The notes under the pieces were generated by a model that worked only from the letters and a program-made list of their open reading frames with translations, did no database searches and had not been told where the DNA came from. 53,127 nucleotides of DNA from the IMG/VR virus record IMGVR_UViG_3300047202_000291. One strand, 5' to 3'. Numbering within the stretch: position 1 is the stretch's first letter; each line of letters starts with the position of its first letter. The DNA comes from a virus (Duplodnaviria > Heunggongvirae > Uroviricota > Caudoviricetes). A program made the position numbers and the translations under genes. Positions 1 to 8,965 of the stretch are shown here, one piece after another.

Positions 1-66
1 GTTATAAGGAGCAATGTAGAAAACGGCGGTTTGGGGAGCAGTTTTGTGCTAGGATTATCTCGATAG
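1..66 (+). CDS. 3' end of a CDS (VIRSNVENGGLGSSFVLGLSR*), possibly the wrap-around end of the 50197 gene
   Basis: Frame 1 open for 21 codons to TAG at 64-66; 15/21 codons start with a purine; in frame with the ORF running off the window end. Confidence 0.35.
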   Translation, partial: VIRSNVENGGLGSSFVLGLSR

Positions 67-285
67 AGATAATCCGCTATAGAGCTAAAATATCCAATTT
101 AAATATGTGCGAAATATAATCAACCAAACAGGCTTTTCAATCTACCTAAAGAGTGAAGGAAATAAGTAAAAAAATAAATAATTCACTCTTTCTTCTTGGA
201 TTGGAACCTATCACTTTTAACAAAAGGTATCTTTAAAAAAGAGCCTCTTATATAGATTTTAATGGTGTGTTTTGGTCATTCTGTT

Positions 286-446
286 TTTTTGTCCAAAATG
301 AAGAAGTGAATGTCCAAAAGGAGCTTATATATATTATAAGAAATAACCTTCGGGATATGGTATATTGAAGAATATTATTATTTAAAGGTTATTTTAGATT
401 TGCTATTTGACCTAAAATTAGGGCACCTTCTTTTTGTACAAAATGA
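286..446. repeat. 16-bp imperfect direct repeat TTTTTGT(C/A)CAAAATGA in an AT-rich non-coding region; candidate origin
   Basis: Copies at 286-301 and 431-446 differ by one base; partial TGTCCAAAA at 311-319; directly upstream of the helicase gene. Confidence 0.4.
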
Positions 447-519
447 GTTTTTGAACCTAAGTAGCAGAAAATCTTTTTCATAGTATATAATCCATTCTCT
501 ATTTTTGACTCAGATAATA

Positions 520-527
520 TTTATAAA
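520..527 (+). promoter_or_regulatory. Archaeal TATA box
   Basis: TTTATAAA about 33 nt upstream of ATG 560. Confidence 0.5.
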
Positions 528-559
528 TCAGTTCTCTAGATTAAACATGGAGTTGGGCC

Positions 560-2290
560 ATGGCTGATGTTTCTATTGACGAGAAAAAGGCAATTATCAA
601 GGAACCAAATGACAAGGTTTTCTTTACGAAGCACTGCAAGGATGTGTCCACTGATGAGATAAAGCGTATGATAGCTGGCACCGAGCATGCATTTATTGAC
701 GGTAAGATGATACGCTTTGCGAATGGTAGCGTTTGTAAGATTGATTGGAAGAAGATGATGAAGATTTCGGAGGGATTTTATACCTCATCTTCGTTGAAAG
801 TAATCCCCGTGGTGGATAACATTCAGGGAGTCTTTGAGCCCAGGACATCTCTTGGGACTACTCCGATATGCTTTGCAAATTTTAAAAAAAAGGGCGTGTC
901 ATTCTTCTTTTCAGAGGAAGAGCCGGATATGTTTGGTGATTCCATACATCTTGATTCAGAGTCTTTTCTTGGTAAGCTTACAGACTCCGAGCAGCAGGAA
1001 TATGAAGGAGTCTCGGTTATATTCCCTTTTAATGATAATAAGGAGAAGCAGGAATTTTCTTCATTCTTTAATTTTTCTAATAAATATAACATCATGGGTT
1101 TCTTGATTGAGGTGCCAAAGAAGACAGGTCGTGGTGTCCTTGAGATGGAAAAGACTATTGTGGTTTCATCATACTCTTTGTTCCAGGAGGATTTTAGTTC
1201 CTTGCAGCCAATTCTGAAGCATATAAATAATATTAATGACCTTTCTCTTGTTTGGGATTTTGATAACGATAAGAGTATCTATTCAGAGGATGAGATGTAT
1301 ATTTTGTTGTCTAATTTGTTCTTTTATGAGTACAACGTCCCTGCTTTCCATCTGACTTTGTGCGGACCGCAGAGGGCCGCTCGAAAGTCAACATGGCTTT
1401 CTATGGTTGGTGCCATTACGGGGGATGAAATAGTGCGCTGTGAAGGATCAACGTATAAGGGGCTTGTCCCTTCATTCTATGATAAAAAGATAGATCCTGG
1501 TAAGATTCTTAGGGCAAAATTCTGTTTCCTCGGTGATGAGTTCTTTAGGGCTCCAGCGCAATCAAGCGAGGAGACCTCGAGTTATGTTAAGACGCATAAA
1601 TTCCTTGTGTCAATGATGGGTTTATTTGATAAGAAGATAGCAAGTTTCACATCGGGAAAGTGTTCGGGAAGCTTTGTATTCACGAAATCCTTCTTTGCAA
1701 CAGATAATATGAAGGTTTCGAATGAGCTTAGGCAGATGTTCGAGAACGATCCAGCTCCTCTTAGGAGGTTTAATTTTATGATAGTTAGCCAGGAAACAGA
1801 AGACCGCGGCGATAAGGTGTTTGGTGAGTTAGATGAGCCTGAGCTTCTGAAGCTTACAGAGGAAAGGCTTAAAAGGGCATCTGGTTTGTCATTTAGGGAT
1901 TATTTGGTCTTGCTTAAATTCATGCGTGCATGTATTCCTCATGTGGTATATGATAGGCAAAGGATGCATAAGATTCAGGATGCGGCTATCGAAAAAATAA
2001 AGCCAGAAAATGCTTTGTTGCCAACTCCAAAAACAGAGCGTTGGAAGGATCTTGCAGCAGGCATAGGTAATGCGACTAGGGCCTGTATTAAGAGCGCAGC
2101 TGTTATGGGTGTTATTTTAAGGTGGAACTTGGATATTCTTCCTTCTTTTGGTGAGTTTGTAGCAAATGAAGATGATTATGCTCTTGCAGAAAGAATGGTT
2201 GAAAGGCTAATATTTGATAAAACAAAAGTCCTGACTGGGCATTCGAGTGAAGAAACCGGGGTCCAGAGATTTTCAGGAATTATGAGGTAG
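560..2290 (+). CDS. mcm: MCM-like AAA+ replicative helicase
   Basis: Atypical Walker A GPQRAARKST; GSTYKGL (cf. MCM GSSAAGLT); GKILRAKFCFLGDEF Walker B; FFATDN sensor 1; PAPLRRFNFMI Arg finger (cf. ALLSRFDL). Confidence 0.7.
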   Translation: MADVSIDEKKAIIKEPNDKVFFTKHCKDVSTDEIKRMIAGTEHAFIDGKMIRFANGSVCKIDWKKMMKISEGFYTSSSLKVIPVVDNIQGVFEPRTSLGTTPICFANFKKKGVSFFFSEEEPDMFGDSIHLDSESFLGKLTDSEQQEYEGVSVIFPFNDNKEKQEFSSFFNFSNKYNIMGFLIEVPKKTGRGVLEMEKTIVVSSYSLFQEDFSSLQPILKHINNINDLSLVWDFDNDKSIYSEDEMYILLSNLFFYEYNVPAFHLTLCGPQRAARKSTWLSMVGAITGDEIVRCEGSTYKGLVPSFYDKKIDPGKILRAKFCFLGDEFFRAPAQSSEETSSYVKTHKFLVSMMGLFDKKIASFTSGKCSGSFVFTKSFFATDNMKVSNELRQMFENDPAPLRRFNFMIVSQETEDRGDKVFGELDEPELLKLTEERLKRASGLSFRDYLVLLKFMRACIPHVVYDRQRMHKIQDAAIEKIKPENALLPTPKTERWKDLAAGIGNATRACIKSAAVMGVILRWNLDILPSFGEFVANEDDYALAERMVERLIFDKTKVLTGHSSEETGVQRFSGIMR

Positions 2291-2299
2291 GTGGAAAAA

Positions 2300-2722
2300 A
2301 TGGTAAGAATAAAGGAAATAAATGAAAAGGACTTGTCAACTATGGAAGGATTTTGTAGGCTCTTTATAGAGAAGAGGGACGCATATAGATTGCGTCTTTT
2401 GGCAAAGAAATATAAGATGAGGCGCATAGCCTTCTTCAAGAAACTTGTGGAGTTCTTTGAGAGTTATTATGATATTCTCGAATCAAAGCATTTTTCTTTA
2501 CAGAAGTTCTTGGATGAGAGAAAGGAACTTGAGGAATTGTATAAAAATAAAATACAGGTAATAACGGATGAATTTGAGGCTTTGGAGGAAAACTATAAAA
2601 AGGCAATAGCAGAATTGAACGAATATAGGGAAAAATACACGAAATTGATCGTAGATATTTATGAGGCAAAGAAAGATGGAAGTCAGTTATCAGAAGAGAA
2701 GGGAAATATCAGACAACCTTAA
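2300..2722 (+). CDS. Coiled-coil protein
   Basis: E/K/L heptads; SD-like GAGGTAGGTGG before ATG 2300. Confidence 0.7.
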   Translation: MVRIKEINEKDLSTMEGFCRLFIEKRDAYRLRLLAKKYKMRRIAFFKKLVEFFESYYDILESKHFSLQKFLDERKELEELYKNKIQVITDEFEALEENYKKAIAELNEYREKYTKLIVDIYEAKKDGSQLSEEKGNIRQP

Positions 2723-2900
2723 TCATATCTCTGATATGGTTAGTCATATGCTCTGGGCCTTGGACGAAAAGCGCAGAGATGAGTTGGATTTAAGTAGTAT
2801 AGAATTCGATCTGAAGCACACTCAGAAGTGCGTGGAGGAACTTACAGATGAGCTTAAAAAAATACTTTTTGAAGATGATAAGAAAACAGAGCTATCCTGA
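2676..2900 (+). CDS. Small helical hypothetical protein
   Basis: ORF track 2661..2900; start moved to the second Met. Confidence 0.55.
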   Translation: MEVSYQKRREISDNLNHISDMVSHMLWALDEKRRDELDLSSIEFDLKHTQKCVEELTDELKKILFEDDKKTELS

Positions 2901-2993
2901 TGGAGGGCTCGGTCTTATGCGTGCACGGGCAGTGCTAAGGTTTGGAACACCTCTTTTCCTTGGCCTGCACACCGGCACGGCGGAGGTATAAAC

Positions 2994-3149
2994 ATGAAAT
3001 TTTGTAAATGCGGTCATGCGGAAAGGGATCATAAGGGTATATGTTGTGGCGAGGCATGTTTTTTATGTAAGTGCCGGGAGTTTGAAGAAATAGATGAATG
3101 CGCTTGTCGAGAGGGAGAGGAACCATTGGAGGAAGAAAATGGCATTTGA
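2994..3149 (+). CDS. 51-aa Cys/His-rich Zn-binding microprotein (not in ORF track)
   Basis: MKFCKCGHAERDHKGICCGEACFLCKCREFEEIDECAC...; 9 Cys; GGAGGT SD at 2982-2987. Confidence 0.7.
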   Translation: MKFCKCGHAERDHKGICCGEACFLCKCREFEEIDECACREGEEPLEEENGI

Positions 3150-3315
3150 ATTGTTTCAGTTGCAACCAATTCATATTTATGTTGGGTTGGCTATATTTGG
3201 TTTGTTTAGTGGCATTGGGGGTGGTGTTGGTCAGCTTGTCACTAAATTGTGGATAGAACTGCATATATTAAAGATACATAAAAAAATAGATAAGATTAAG
3301 AAAAAAGTGAGGTAA
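3139..3315 (+). CDS. Small membrane protein
   Basis: GGAGG SD; hydrophobic IYVGLAIFGLFSGIGGGVG followed by a basic tail. Confidence 0.6.
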   Translation: MAFELFQLQPIHIYVGLAIFGLFSGIGGGVGQLVTKLWIELHILKIHKKIDKIKKKVR

Positions 3316-3318
3316 AAT

Positions 3319-4161
3319 ATGGTTCAGCGGCTTTATGGGAAAACGAAGATTTTTACATGGAATGATCAGAAGGCAAAGTTACCTAAGCCTTTGCGAGGGG
3401 CTGTAGCGAGGGGTGCCTTGACAAGGCTTTCTGTGTCAAAAATGACAATGTATGAGAAATGTCCTTATGCATTTAAGTTTTATTATGTGGATGGTCTTAC
3501 AAGTCTTGATGATTCTGATGCCTTGGTTAATGGAAAGATTCTTCACGATATGTTTTATTATGCATCGATCGCAGAATATCCTGAGATAATTAGGACTCAT
3601 GAGAAATATGCTGAGTTCATGCAGGACTGTGAAAATTTTATTGGATTTTCGAGGAAAAGAATGTTTTATCTCGGAACCTCAATTCCTTATCTTGCAGAAT
3701 ATGAGATTTATGATAAGGATTTTGATGTATTGCTTTTTGTTGATAGAATTGATAAGCTGAAAGATGGCTATGAAATAATTGATTACAAGACAGGTAAGGT
3801 GCACGGGGTGGGGCTCTACAGGTTTCAGCTTGCTTTATATGCCTATTTTGTCGAAAAACATTTAAAGATTAAGATCAGAAGGTGGGGAATATACTTCACA
3901 AATTCAGGAAGGTATTTGGGTGAAGTTGCTGATAGGAAGAAAATGGAGTTGATTCCTAAGACCCTGGAAGCTGTAAGGAATAGGATTAAGCATTCATCAG
4001 CTCGGAATCATTTTCCGAAGAAATCGGGACCATTATGTAATTTCTGTAATTTTAGGCATTATTCTCTTTGCAATGGTATCGGTGAAAATAAGGATCCGAA
4101 CTACTTCGGGGAGCTTGATATTTATAGGTATTCGAGGAAAAATAAAAAAGACGATATTTGA
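3319..4161 (+). CDS. PD-(D/E)XK RecB/AddB/Cas4-like nuclease with 4-Cys (Fe-S) staple
   Basis: YEKCPYAF, VDRID, IIDYKTG, QLALYA, CNFCNFRHYSLC. Confidence 0.85.
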   Translation: MVQRLYGKTKIFTWNDQKAKLPKPLRGAVARGALTRLSVSKMTMYEKCPYAFKFYYVDGLTSLDDSDALVNGKILHDMFYYASIAEYPEIIRTHEKYAEFMQDCENFIGFSRKRMFYLGTSIPYLAEYEIYDKDFDVLLFVDRIDKLKDGYEIIDYKTGKVHGVGLYRFQLALYAYFVEKHLKIKIRRWGIYFTNSGRYLGEVADRKKMELIPKTLEAVRNRIKHSSARNHFPKKSGPLCNFCNFRHYSLCNGIGENKDPNYFGELDIYRYSRKNKKDDI

Positions 4162-4170
4162 GGTGGAACA

Positions 4171-4419
4171 ATGGGGCTTAGTTCGTATACTGTAAATCAA
4201 AGGAAACTCATGAGAAGCGTTCAAGAATTGAGGAATTATCTTTTGGCAGTGATGAAAAGGATAGATAAATATGAAGATAAGAAACCAAAGTTTGTAAAAG
4301 CCACGGTGAAAGATGTTCAGGGAAGAATAGATGCTTGGTTTTTAGGTCGGAGAAGGACGATTAAAGGAATTGAAGAGCGAGTTGAGGCTCTTGAAAAAGA
4401 GATTCAAAATAAATGGTGA
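4171..4419 (+). CDS. Hypothetical basic/coiled-coil protein
   Basis: GAGGTGG SD; ORF track. Confidence 0.65.
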   Translation: MGLSSYTVNQRKLMRSVQELRNYLLAVMKRIDKYEDKKPKFVKATVKDVQGRIDAWFLGRRRTIKGIEERVEALEKEIQNKW

Positions 4420-4763
4420 TTGGGATGTTGCTGTTAAATTTTACATGGGGAATATATGTGACTGTATTTTTAATTTCCTTCTTTTTTATGGTTGTAGATG
4501 GTGTTATTACAAATATTAACGCAAGATTTCAGTTTGAATATTATCGTTCAGAAATTTTGCCTTGGGTTAAATGGGCATATAAAAATAAATCTTTTTTAAT
4601 GGGACTCCTATTATCAATGTTGTGTGGTCTGGGTATTTTTGTGGCGTTTATTCTATTGCCAATTAAGCTGACTTGGATTGTCTTTTTATTTGGGTTTTGG
4701 TTTTATAGGGTGTTTCATAGCTCCATGAAGTTATATTATAATATGCGGAGGAAACGGCAATGA
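4413..4763 (+). CDS. Multi-pass membrane protein
   Basis: About three hydrophobic segments; basic C-terminus. Confidence 0.65.
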   Translation: MVIGMLLLNFTWGIYVTVFLISFFFMVVDGVITNINARFQFEYYRSEILPWVKWAYKNKSFLMGLLLSMLCGLGIFVAFILLPIKLTWIVFLFGFWFYRVFHSSMKLYYNMRRKRQ

Positions 4764-4939
4764 AATATAATTCAATCAAGGAAATTGAAGATGAATTTGA
4801 GAAGAAAAAGAAAGCTTTTCAGGACGCGTGTCCTCATAGGAAGACCAAATGGTTCGTAGAATATTGGGCTGTTGCTCATTCGACTGGGAAGGAAATTAGG
4901 GTATGTTTAAGGTGTAATAAAACTTTGGAGAAAAGGTGA
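4760..4939 (+). CDS. 59-aa Zn-ribbon microprotein (not in ORF track)
   Basis: ATGA-coupled to the upstream stop; CPH...CLRC motif. Confidence 0.6.
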   Translation: MKYNSIKEIEDEFEKKKKAFQDACPHRKTKWFVEYWAVAHSTGKEIRVCLRCNKTLEKR

Positions 4940-5259
4940 TGCGGATGAAGAAAAAACCAACAGAGCAGAGTTTGATCTTTAAGAACACATTGTTTATTAT
5001 TTTGATTTTTTTAATTGTGGTGGCTGCACTTTATTTTTTTGGTGCGCTTGATGACGAGAGAAGGGAGCTTGGCTACAAGACCGATGCCGTTTGTCTGATA
5101 AGTGGTCATTTCGATGGAACCGCAGAATTGTTAAGAACAGGGTCTTTAGATGATGGAAGCCACATTTATTGGTTTAATTGCTCTGAGAATACGGTTAAGA
5201 TTCAATATGATTCTGAGGCTAATATCGGATACATCATTAAATTAGAAAAAGGCGAATGA
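4936..5259 (+). CDS. Membrane-anchored small exported protein
   Basis: Basic N-terminus, TM segment, Cys pair in the ectodomain. Confidence 0.6.
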   Translation: MMRMKKKPTEQSLIFKNTLFIILIFLIVVAALYFFGALDDERRELGYKTDAVCLISGHFDGTAELLRTGSLDDGSHIYWFNCSENTVKIQYDSEANIGYIIKLEKGE

Positions 5260-5646
5260 ATGGCTGTGAATGCGACAATCGATATAACTAATGGAGGTTT
5301 AAATATGATGGGTAGTTCAATGAGTAGTTGGCTTGTAACGATAGTGATATTTTTTGTGGTTTTATTGACCTTATTTATTTTGTCAAAGAACTTCAGGAGA
5401 TTTCTTTATGGTGCGGTAGTTTCGGGATTTCTTCTAATAGACTATTTTCTATCGAGATGGATTGGTGCATCGGCATCAGTGGGAGACTCAGAGCCATTGA
5501 AATGGACCGTCGTGGTAGTTGGATTTATCATAATCTCTGTGATTATAGGTAAATTTTTGGAAAAGACTGCATTTGTTAAGAGATTTGAAAAGAATTGGGG
5601 TGTGAATCGGAATGAAAAGTTATCTGGAAAGAAAAGGGTACGATAA
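5260..5646 (+). CDS. 3-TM membrane protein; N-terminus weakly resembles the coat-like proteins
   Basis: GGLNMMGSSMSSWLVTIV aligns without gaps to DGLGTVGAAFVSWLDLIV. Confidence 0.6.
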   Translation: MAVNATIDITNGGLNMMGSSMSSWLVTIVIFFVVLLTLFILSKNFRRFLYGAVVSGFLLIDYFLSRWIGASASVGDSEPLKWTVVVVGFIIISVIIGKFLEKTAFVKRFEKNWGVNRNEKLSGKKRVR

Positions 5647-5791
5647 GATTGCGCCAAAGGCATTTTGTGGAACTACTTTTGGCGGATACTGGTTTTGCTG
5701 TAAAAGGCATACTACGATAAGATACATTCTCGTGTTTCTTGTCGGAGTTGCATCGGGGGTTGCCTTGATTCATTACGGGTTGTTGAAATGA
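5612..5791 (+). CDS. 59-aa microprotein with C-terminal TM
   Basis: MKSYLERKG...YILVFLVGVASGVALIHYGLLK*; stop overlaps the next ATG (ATGA). Confidence 0.5.
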   Translation: MKSYLERKGYDKIAPKAFCGTTFGGYWFCCKRHTTIRYILVFLVGVASGVALIHYGLLK

Positions 5792-5949
5792 AGCTTGAAG
5801 ATCCAGTGAAATGTCAGTGGTGTCACGAGGAGGACACTATGCGCGTCGATACAAATGGAGAAATCAAAAAATACCTTTGTAATAAATGTTTCAGGACCTT
5901 TAGAAAGAGACCGGAGGGATATATTAACCATCGTGGGGAATTGATATGA
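5788..5949 (+). CDS. 53-aa Zn-ribbon microprotein
   Basis: CQWC...CNKC; ATGA overlaps at both ends. Confidence 0.65.
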   Translation: MKLEDPVKCQWCHEEDTMRVDTNGEIKKYLCNKCFRTFRKRPEGYINHRGELI

Positions 5950-6386
5950 CTTCAATAGGAAATAAATCAATGCTTGTAAAAAGTGAATTTTGCCAGACTT
6001 GTGCGAGGTGTTGTAAGGAATTTATCTGCGGAGGATTTGATTTAGATTTTGTAGTGAGATTTCTATGGATGTCTGATGAGCGGATACAACCAAGAGATAG
6101 TATGTTTAGGGATGATTGGGGTAATATTAAGCGGGAAGTTATTTTTAGGTTTCCTTGTAATAAGTTGGAACTAAAGGATGGAAAATATTTTTGTTCTGTG
6201 TGGGATAAGGAGCGCCCGGATTTCTGTAATACATACCCCGATAACTGTTTCTATAGTATAGATGTTTGGGATACGATTAAGATAAAGAAGATGCTCCAAG
6301 AGGCGAGGGTAGATTGTCCGGGTTTGGGAAAGGTTACAGTGAAGCAGGTGCAGGAAATGTTGATTAAGCATCGGGAGGAGAAATAA
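5946..6386 (+). CDS. YkgJ/CxxCxxCC family metal-binding protein
   Basis: CQTCARCC...FPCNKL...CSVWDKERPDFCNTYP. Confidence 0.75.
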   Translation: MTSIGNKSMLVKSEFCQTCARCCKEFICGGFDLDFVVRFLWMSDERIQPRDSMFRDDWGNIKREVIFRFPCNKLELKDGKYFCSVWDKERPDFCNTYPDNCFYSIDVWDTIKIKKMLQEARVDCPGLGKVTVKQVQEMLIKHREEK

Positions 6387-7085
6387 ATGGAAAGGAATGT
6401 GGGCGTATCTATTATTATACCTTGTTATAATGAGGAGAAGCGTATTCCGAAAACAGTTCAGATTATGAACGCTTGGCTTAATACTCATCTGCAAGATGAA
6501 GTTATTTTCTCTGATGATGGTTCGGAGGACAATACGATTGAACAGATCTTTAATTTAAGAAAGCATACTCGAATGAAAATAATGGAATCAGGTTATAATT
6601 TTGGGAAATGGAATGCCATAAGAAAAGCCTTTTTTATGTGTAAGAATCCTTATGTGGTCTTGCTTGATGCTGATCTGTCAGTAGATCCTAAATATATAGA
6701 TGAATATGGGACCTTGCTTGAGCCGAATTGCCTTGTTCTTGGGAATAGGTATGGTAAGTATAAGTCAAAGGTGCCCTTGGCTAGGTTCATCTTAAGTAGG
6801 GGTTTTAATATCCTAGAGCGGCTTATTGTTGGGTTGAGGCTTCCAGATACTCAGGTTCCCTTTAAGATGATGGAACGAAGCCCAAAGATGGCGCAAGTCT
6901 TTGTTGAGCTTGAGGAAAGGAAGTTCACGGGCGATGTGGAGCTCATTAGGCGGGCTCAGCTTAAAGGAGTAAAGATGAGCTCAGTGGATGTTCAGTATGA
7001 GTTCAAGGAAGGGTCAACTGTTTTGTTCAAGAAGCATGCGTGGCCTATGTTTAAGGCTCTATGGGCTATAAGGAAAATAAGATAG
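6387..7085 (+). CDS. GT2 glycosyltransferase, dolichyl-phosphate-sugar synthase-like
   Basis: SIIIPCYNEE, SDDGSEDNT, GKWNAI, LDADLS, DTQVPFK, DVELI. Confidence 0.85.
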   Translation: MERNVGVSIIIPCYNEEKRIPKTVQIMNAWLNTHLQDEVIFSDDGSEDNTIEQIFNLRKHTRMKIMESGYNFGKWNAIRKAFFMCKNPYVVLLDADLSVDPKYIDEYGTLLEPNCLVLGNRYGKYKSKVPLARFILSRGFNILERLIVGLRLPDTQVPFKMMERSPKMAQVFVELEERKFTGDVELIRRAQLKGVKMSSVDVQYEFKEGSTVLFKKHAWPMFKALWAIRKIR

Positions 7086-7124
7086 TGTTTCGAACATATA
7101 ACGGAAAAAGTTATGTTTGAAACA
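7086..7124. promoter_or_regulatory. Two TGTT-N3-AACA palindromes forming a long inverted repeat (operator or terminator)
   Basis: TGTTTCGAACA 7086-7096 and TGTTTGAAACA 7114-7124, upstream of TATA-like TTTAAAGG at 7148. Confidence 0.45.
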
Positions 7125-7206
7125 TTATATTCTACAAACGATAACTATTTAAAGGAAAGCTTCGTAATGGAATTTTATAGACGATTAAACATTGGAGGTG
7201 TTTAAT

Positions 7207-7605
7207 ATGGTGGAAAGACAGACCGCAAATCTCCTCGAAGAATTTGAGGGCATAGTCGAGGATGTGCAACTGGAAAAGAACACATTCGCAGATAGCGAAA
7301 CAGATCAGTTTCACATAACAATGAAGCCCACGGACAAAGAGATCAAAGGAAAGACAGGGATGTTGCATGAGTGGATAAGGATGTCCCCGAAGAGCAAGGA
7401 AGAGATAATTCCTGAAGGAAGCATTCTTGATAAATACCTTACTCAGGTAGAGATGCTTGTGCCTGAGGCTAAGAAAGCCAAGACTTTGACGGAAGCGTTC
7501 GCAACAATAAAGGGGAAAAAATTCACCTTTAAGAAAGTGAAGTTAGGAAGGTCATTTGAAGGGCACGCAGCAAGAGAATACTGGGTTCCGGTAAAAAGGC
7601 TTTAG
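7207..7605 (+). CDS. Stand-alone soluble protein, putative ssDNA-binding (OB-like) protein
   Basis: Own TATA-like box, GGAGGTG SD at 7194-7200 and downstream T-tract. The SSB call is inference from the beta-rich pattern. Confidence 0.5.
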   Translation: MVERQTANLLEEFEGIVEDVQLEKNTFADSETDQFHITMKPTDKEIKGKTGMLHEWIRMSPKSKEEIIPEGSILDKYLTQVEMLVPEAKKAKTLTEAFATIKGKKFTFKKVKLGRSFEGHAAREYWVPVKRL

Positions 7606-7638
7606 GCGATCAAAAAGGCTGCTTGAAAATACTATAAA

Positions 7639-7658
7639 TTCTTTTGTTTTTTCTTTTT
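7639..7658 (+). terminator. T-rich archaeal-type terminator
   Basis: TTCTTTTGTTTTTTCTTTTT after the 7605 stop. Confidence 0.45.
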
Positions 7659-7847
7659 AAAATATGTTGAAGGTGCTTAATGATAAAGAAAATTATGAAA
7701 AGAATCTTATATGATATTTTAAATACTTTTGAAAATGTTCTGGAAACTGGTTGGCAAAATCTTTTAGAAGCGACGAGGACAAAGCCTCATCAAAAGACAG
7801 TATGGGATGGTATTATTCCAACAAGAAAAACGCCAAGGGTGAGATGA

Positions 7848-8162
7848 GTGGTGATGCGTGTAGGTAAACGGCTCGGGAGAATAATGTTCTGTAACGAGCA
7901 GAATATAGACCTTTATCTTAATCTCCGCTATGGTTCTCTTCTTCAGGTATGCAAGGAACTTGACATTAATTATTCTCACGCGCTTAATTTGCTGAAGATC
8001 TGGGGGAGTATGGGCTTGATCGAGCGTAACAAGGCAGGTTTTGGCTATAATGTGTTCTACACACTGAAAGGTCGGGGCCTGCTTGATCAGCTCAAGAGAA
8101 TCAAGGTCTATATGAAGAAGACGAATGTGCAGTGGCATGAAAAGCAAGGTGATACTCAATGA
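7848..8162 (+). CDS. Winged HTH transcription regulator
   Basis: LLQVCKELDINYSHALNLLKIWGSMGLIER...VFYTLKG. Confidence 0.7.
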   Translation: MVMRVGKRLGRIMFCNEQNIDLYLNLRYGSLLQVCKELDINYSHALNLLKIWGSMGLIERNKAGFGYNVFYTLKGRGLLDQLKRIKVYMKKTNVQWHEKQGDTQ

Positions 8163-8548
8163 GCTGTGACTGGTGTCTTCAGGGTAAGTGTCGGAGTAAT
8201 GATGAAGCTACCTGCGACTTTAAGACCCTGCCGATGGAGAAGGACGCAATTATAAAGCGCATTGAGGGCGAATGGGTTATTGTGAAGCAGAGATTTGAGG
8301 TTATTAAAGGTCTCAAAGACCTATCGGATGGTTTGCAGGTCGCAACGCTTGTTAATGAGGCAAAAGACAAGATTCAGGGAATCACAATCATGCGCCAGGT
8401 TTGTCTTGAGAAATTCAAGGTTAATCATTTTCCAGAAAAGAATATGTATAGTTTTATGAAGCTCGTGATGGGTGTCGATAGGCATATGAAGCGGCTTTAT
8501 CAACTCGCGCAGAATAAAAGGATCTCGGATGTCACAAAGAAAAGTTAA
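8159..8548 (+). CDS. Hypothetical protein with N-terminal Cys cluster
   Basis: ATGA coupling; CDWC...C...C. Confidence 0.6.
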   Translation: MSCDWCLQGKCRSNDEATCDFKTLPMEKDAIIKRIEGEWVIVKQRFEVIKGLKDLSDGLQVATLVNEAKDKIQGITIMRQVCLEKFKVNHFPEKNMYSFMKLVMGVDRHMKRLYQLAQNKRISDVTKKS

Positions 8549-8753
8549 GGTGACGAGGGAATTTTTTATTAATTGTTGTGGGAACTGGCTACCAGAAAAT
8601 AGAAATATATTTGTTGGGTTCCTGAAGTTCGAGAAAGAAGGAAGGGTAAGTTTTTATGTGCGGGGTTCGTCCCTCATCATAAGAGATAATGAAAATTGTA
8701 GAGATAGGTTGATTGGAGGCGGGAAACATGGAAGGAATAGATCCGAAGCTTGA
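8529..8753 (+). CDS. Hypothetical protein
   Basis: ORF track; fills the gap between flanking genes. Confidence 0.45.
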   Translation: MSQRKVKVTREFFINCCGNWLPENRNIFVGFLKFEKEGRVSFYVRGSSLIIRDNENCRDRLIGGGKHGRNRSEA

Positions 8754-8964
8754 ATTAAAGTGGATTGAGAAGCGGATACAGGACATACAAAAAGGTCTTC
8801 TTCATGCGGAGAATGTTGGTTTTCCAGAAGCGGAGAGGCTTTTGATAGATATGAAGACAGCGATTGAGCGCGATAAGAAGCTTTTGACAGAGCTTAGGGG
8901 AAAGAAAATAAGGCTTGGGGCTCAACTCGAGGAAGAAAAAAAGAAAGATAAGGGTGGTGAATAA
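8728..8964 (+). CDS. Coiled-coil protein
   Basis: GGAGG SD at 8715; heptad pattern. Confidence 0.65.
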   Translation: MEGIDPKLELKWIEKRIQDIQKGLLHAENVGFPEAERLLIDMKTAIERDKKLLTELRGKKIRLGAQLEEEKKKDKGGE

Positions 8965-8965
8965 G

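Noticed and set aside
3319-4161. Cas4 of a CRISPR-Cas locus
   Set aside because: No cas1/cas2 or array seen; solo PD-(D/E)XK nucleases are common in archaeal viruses.
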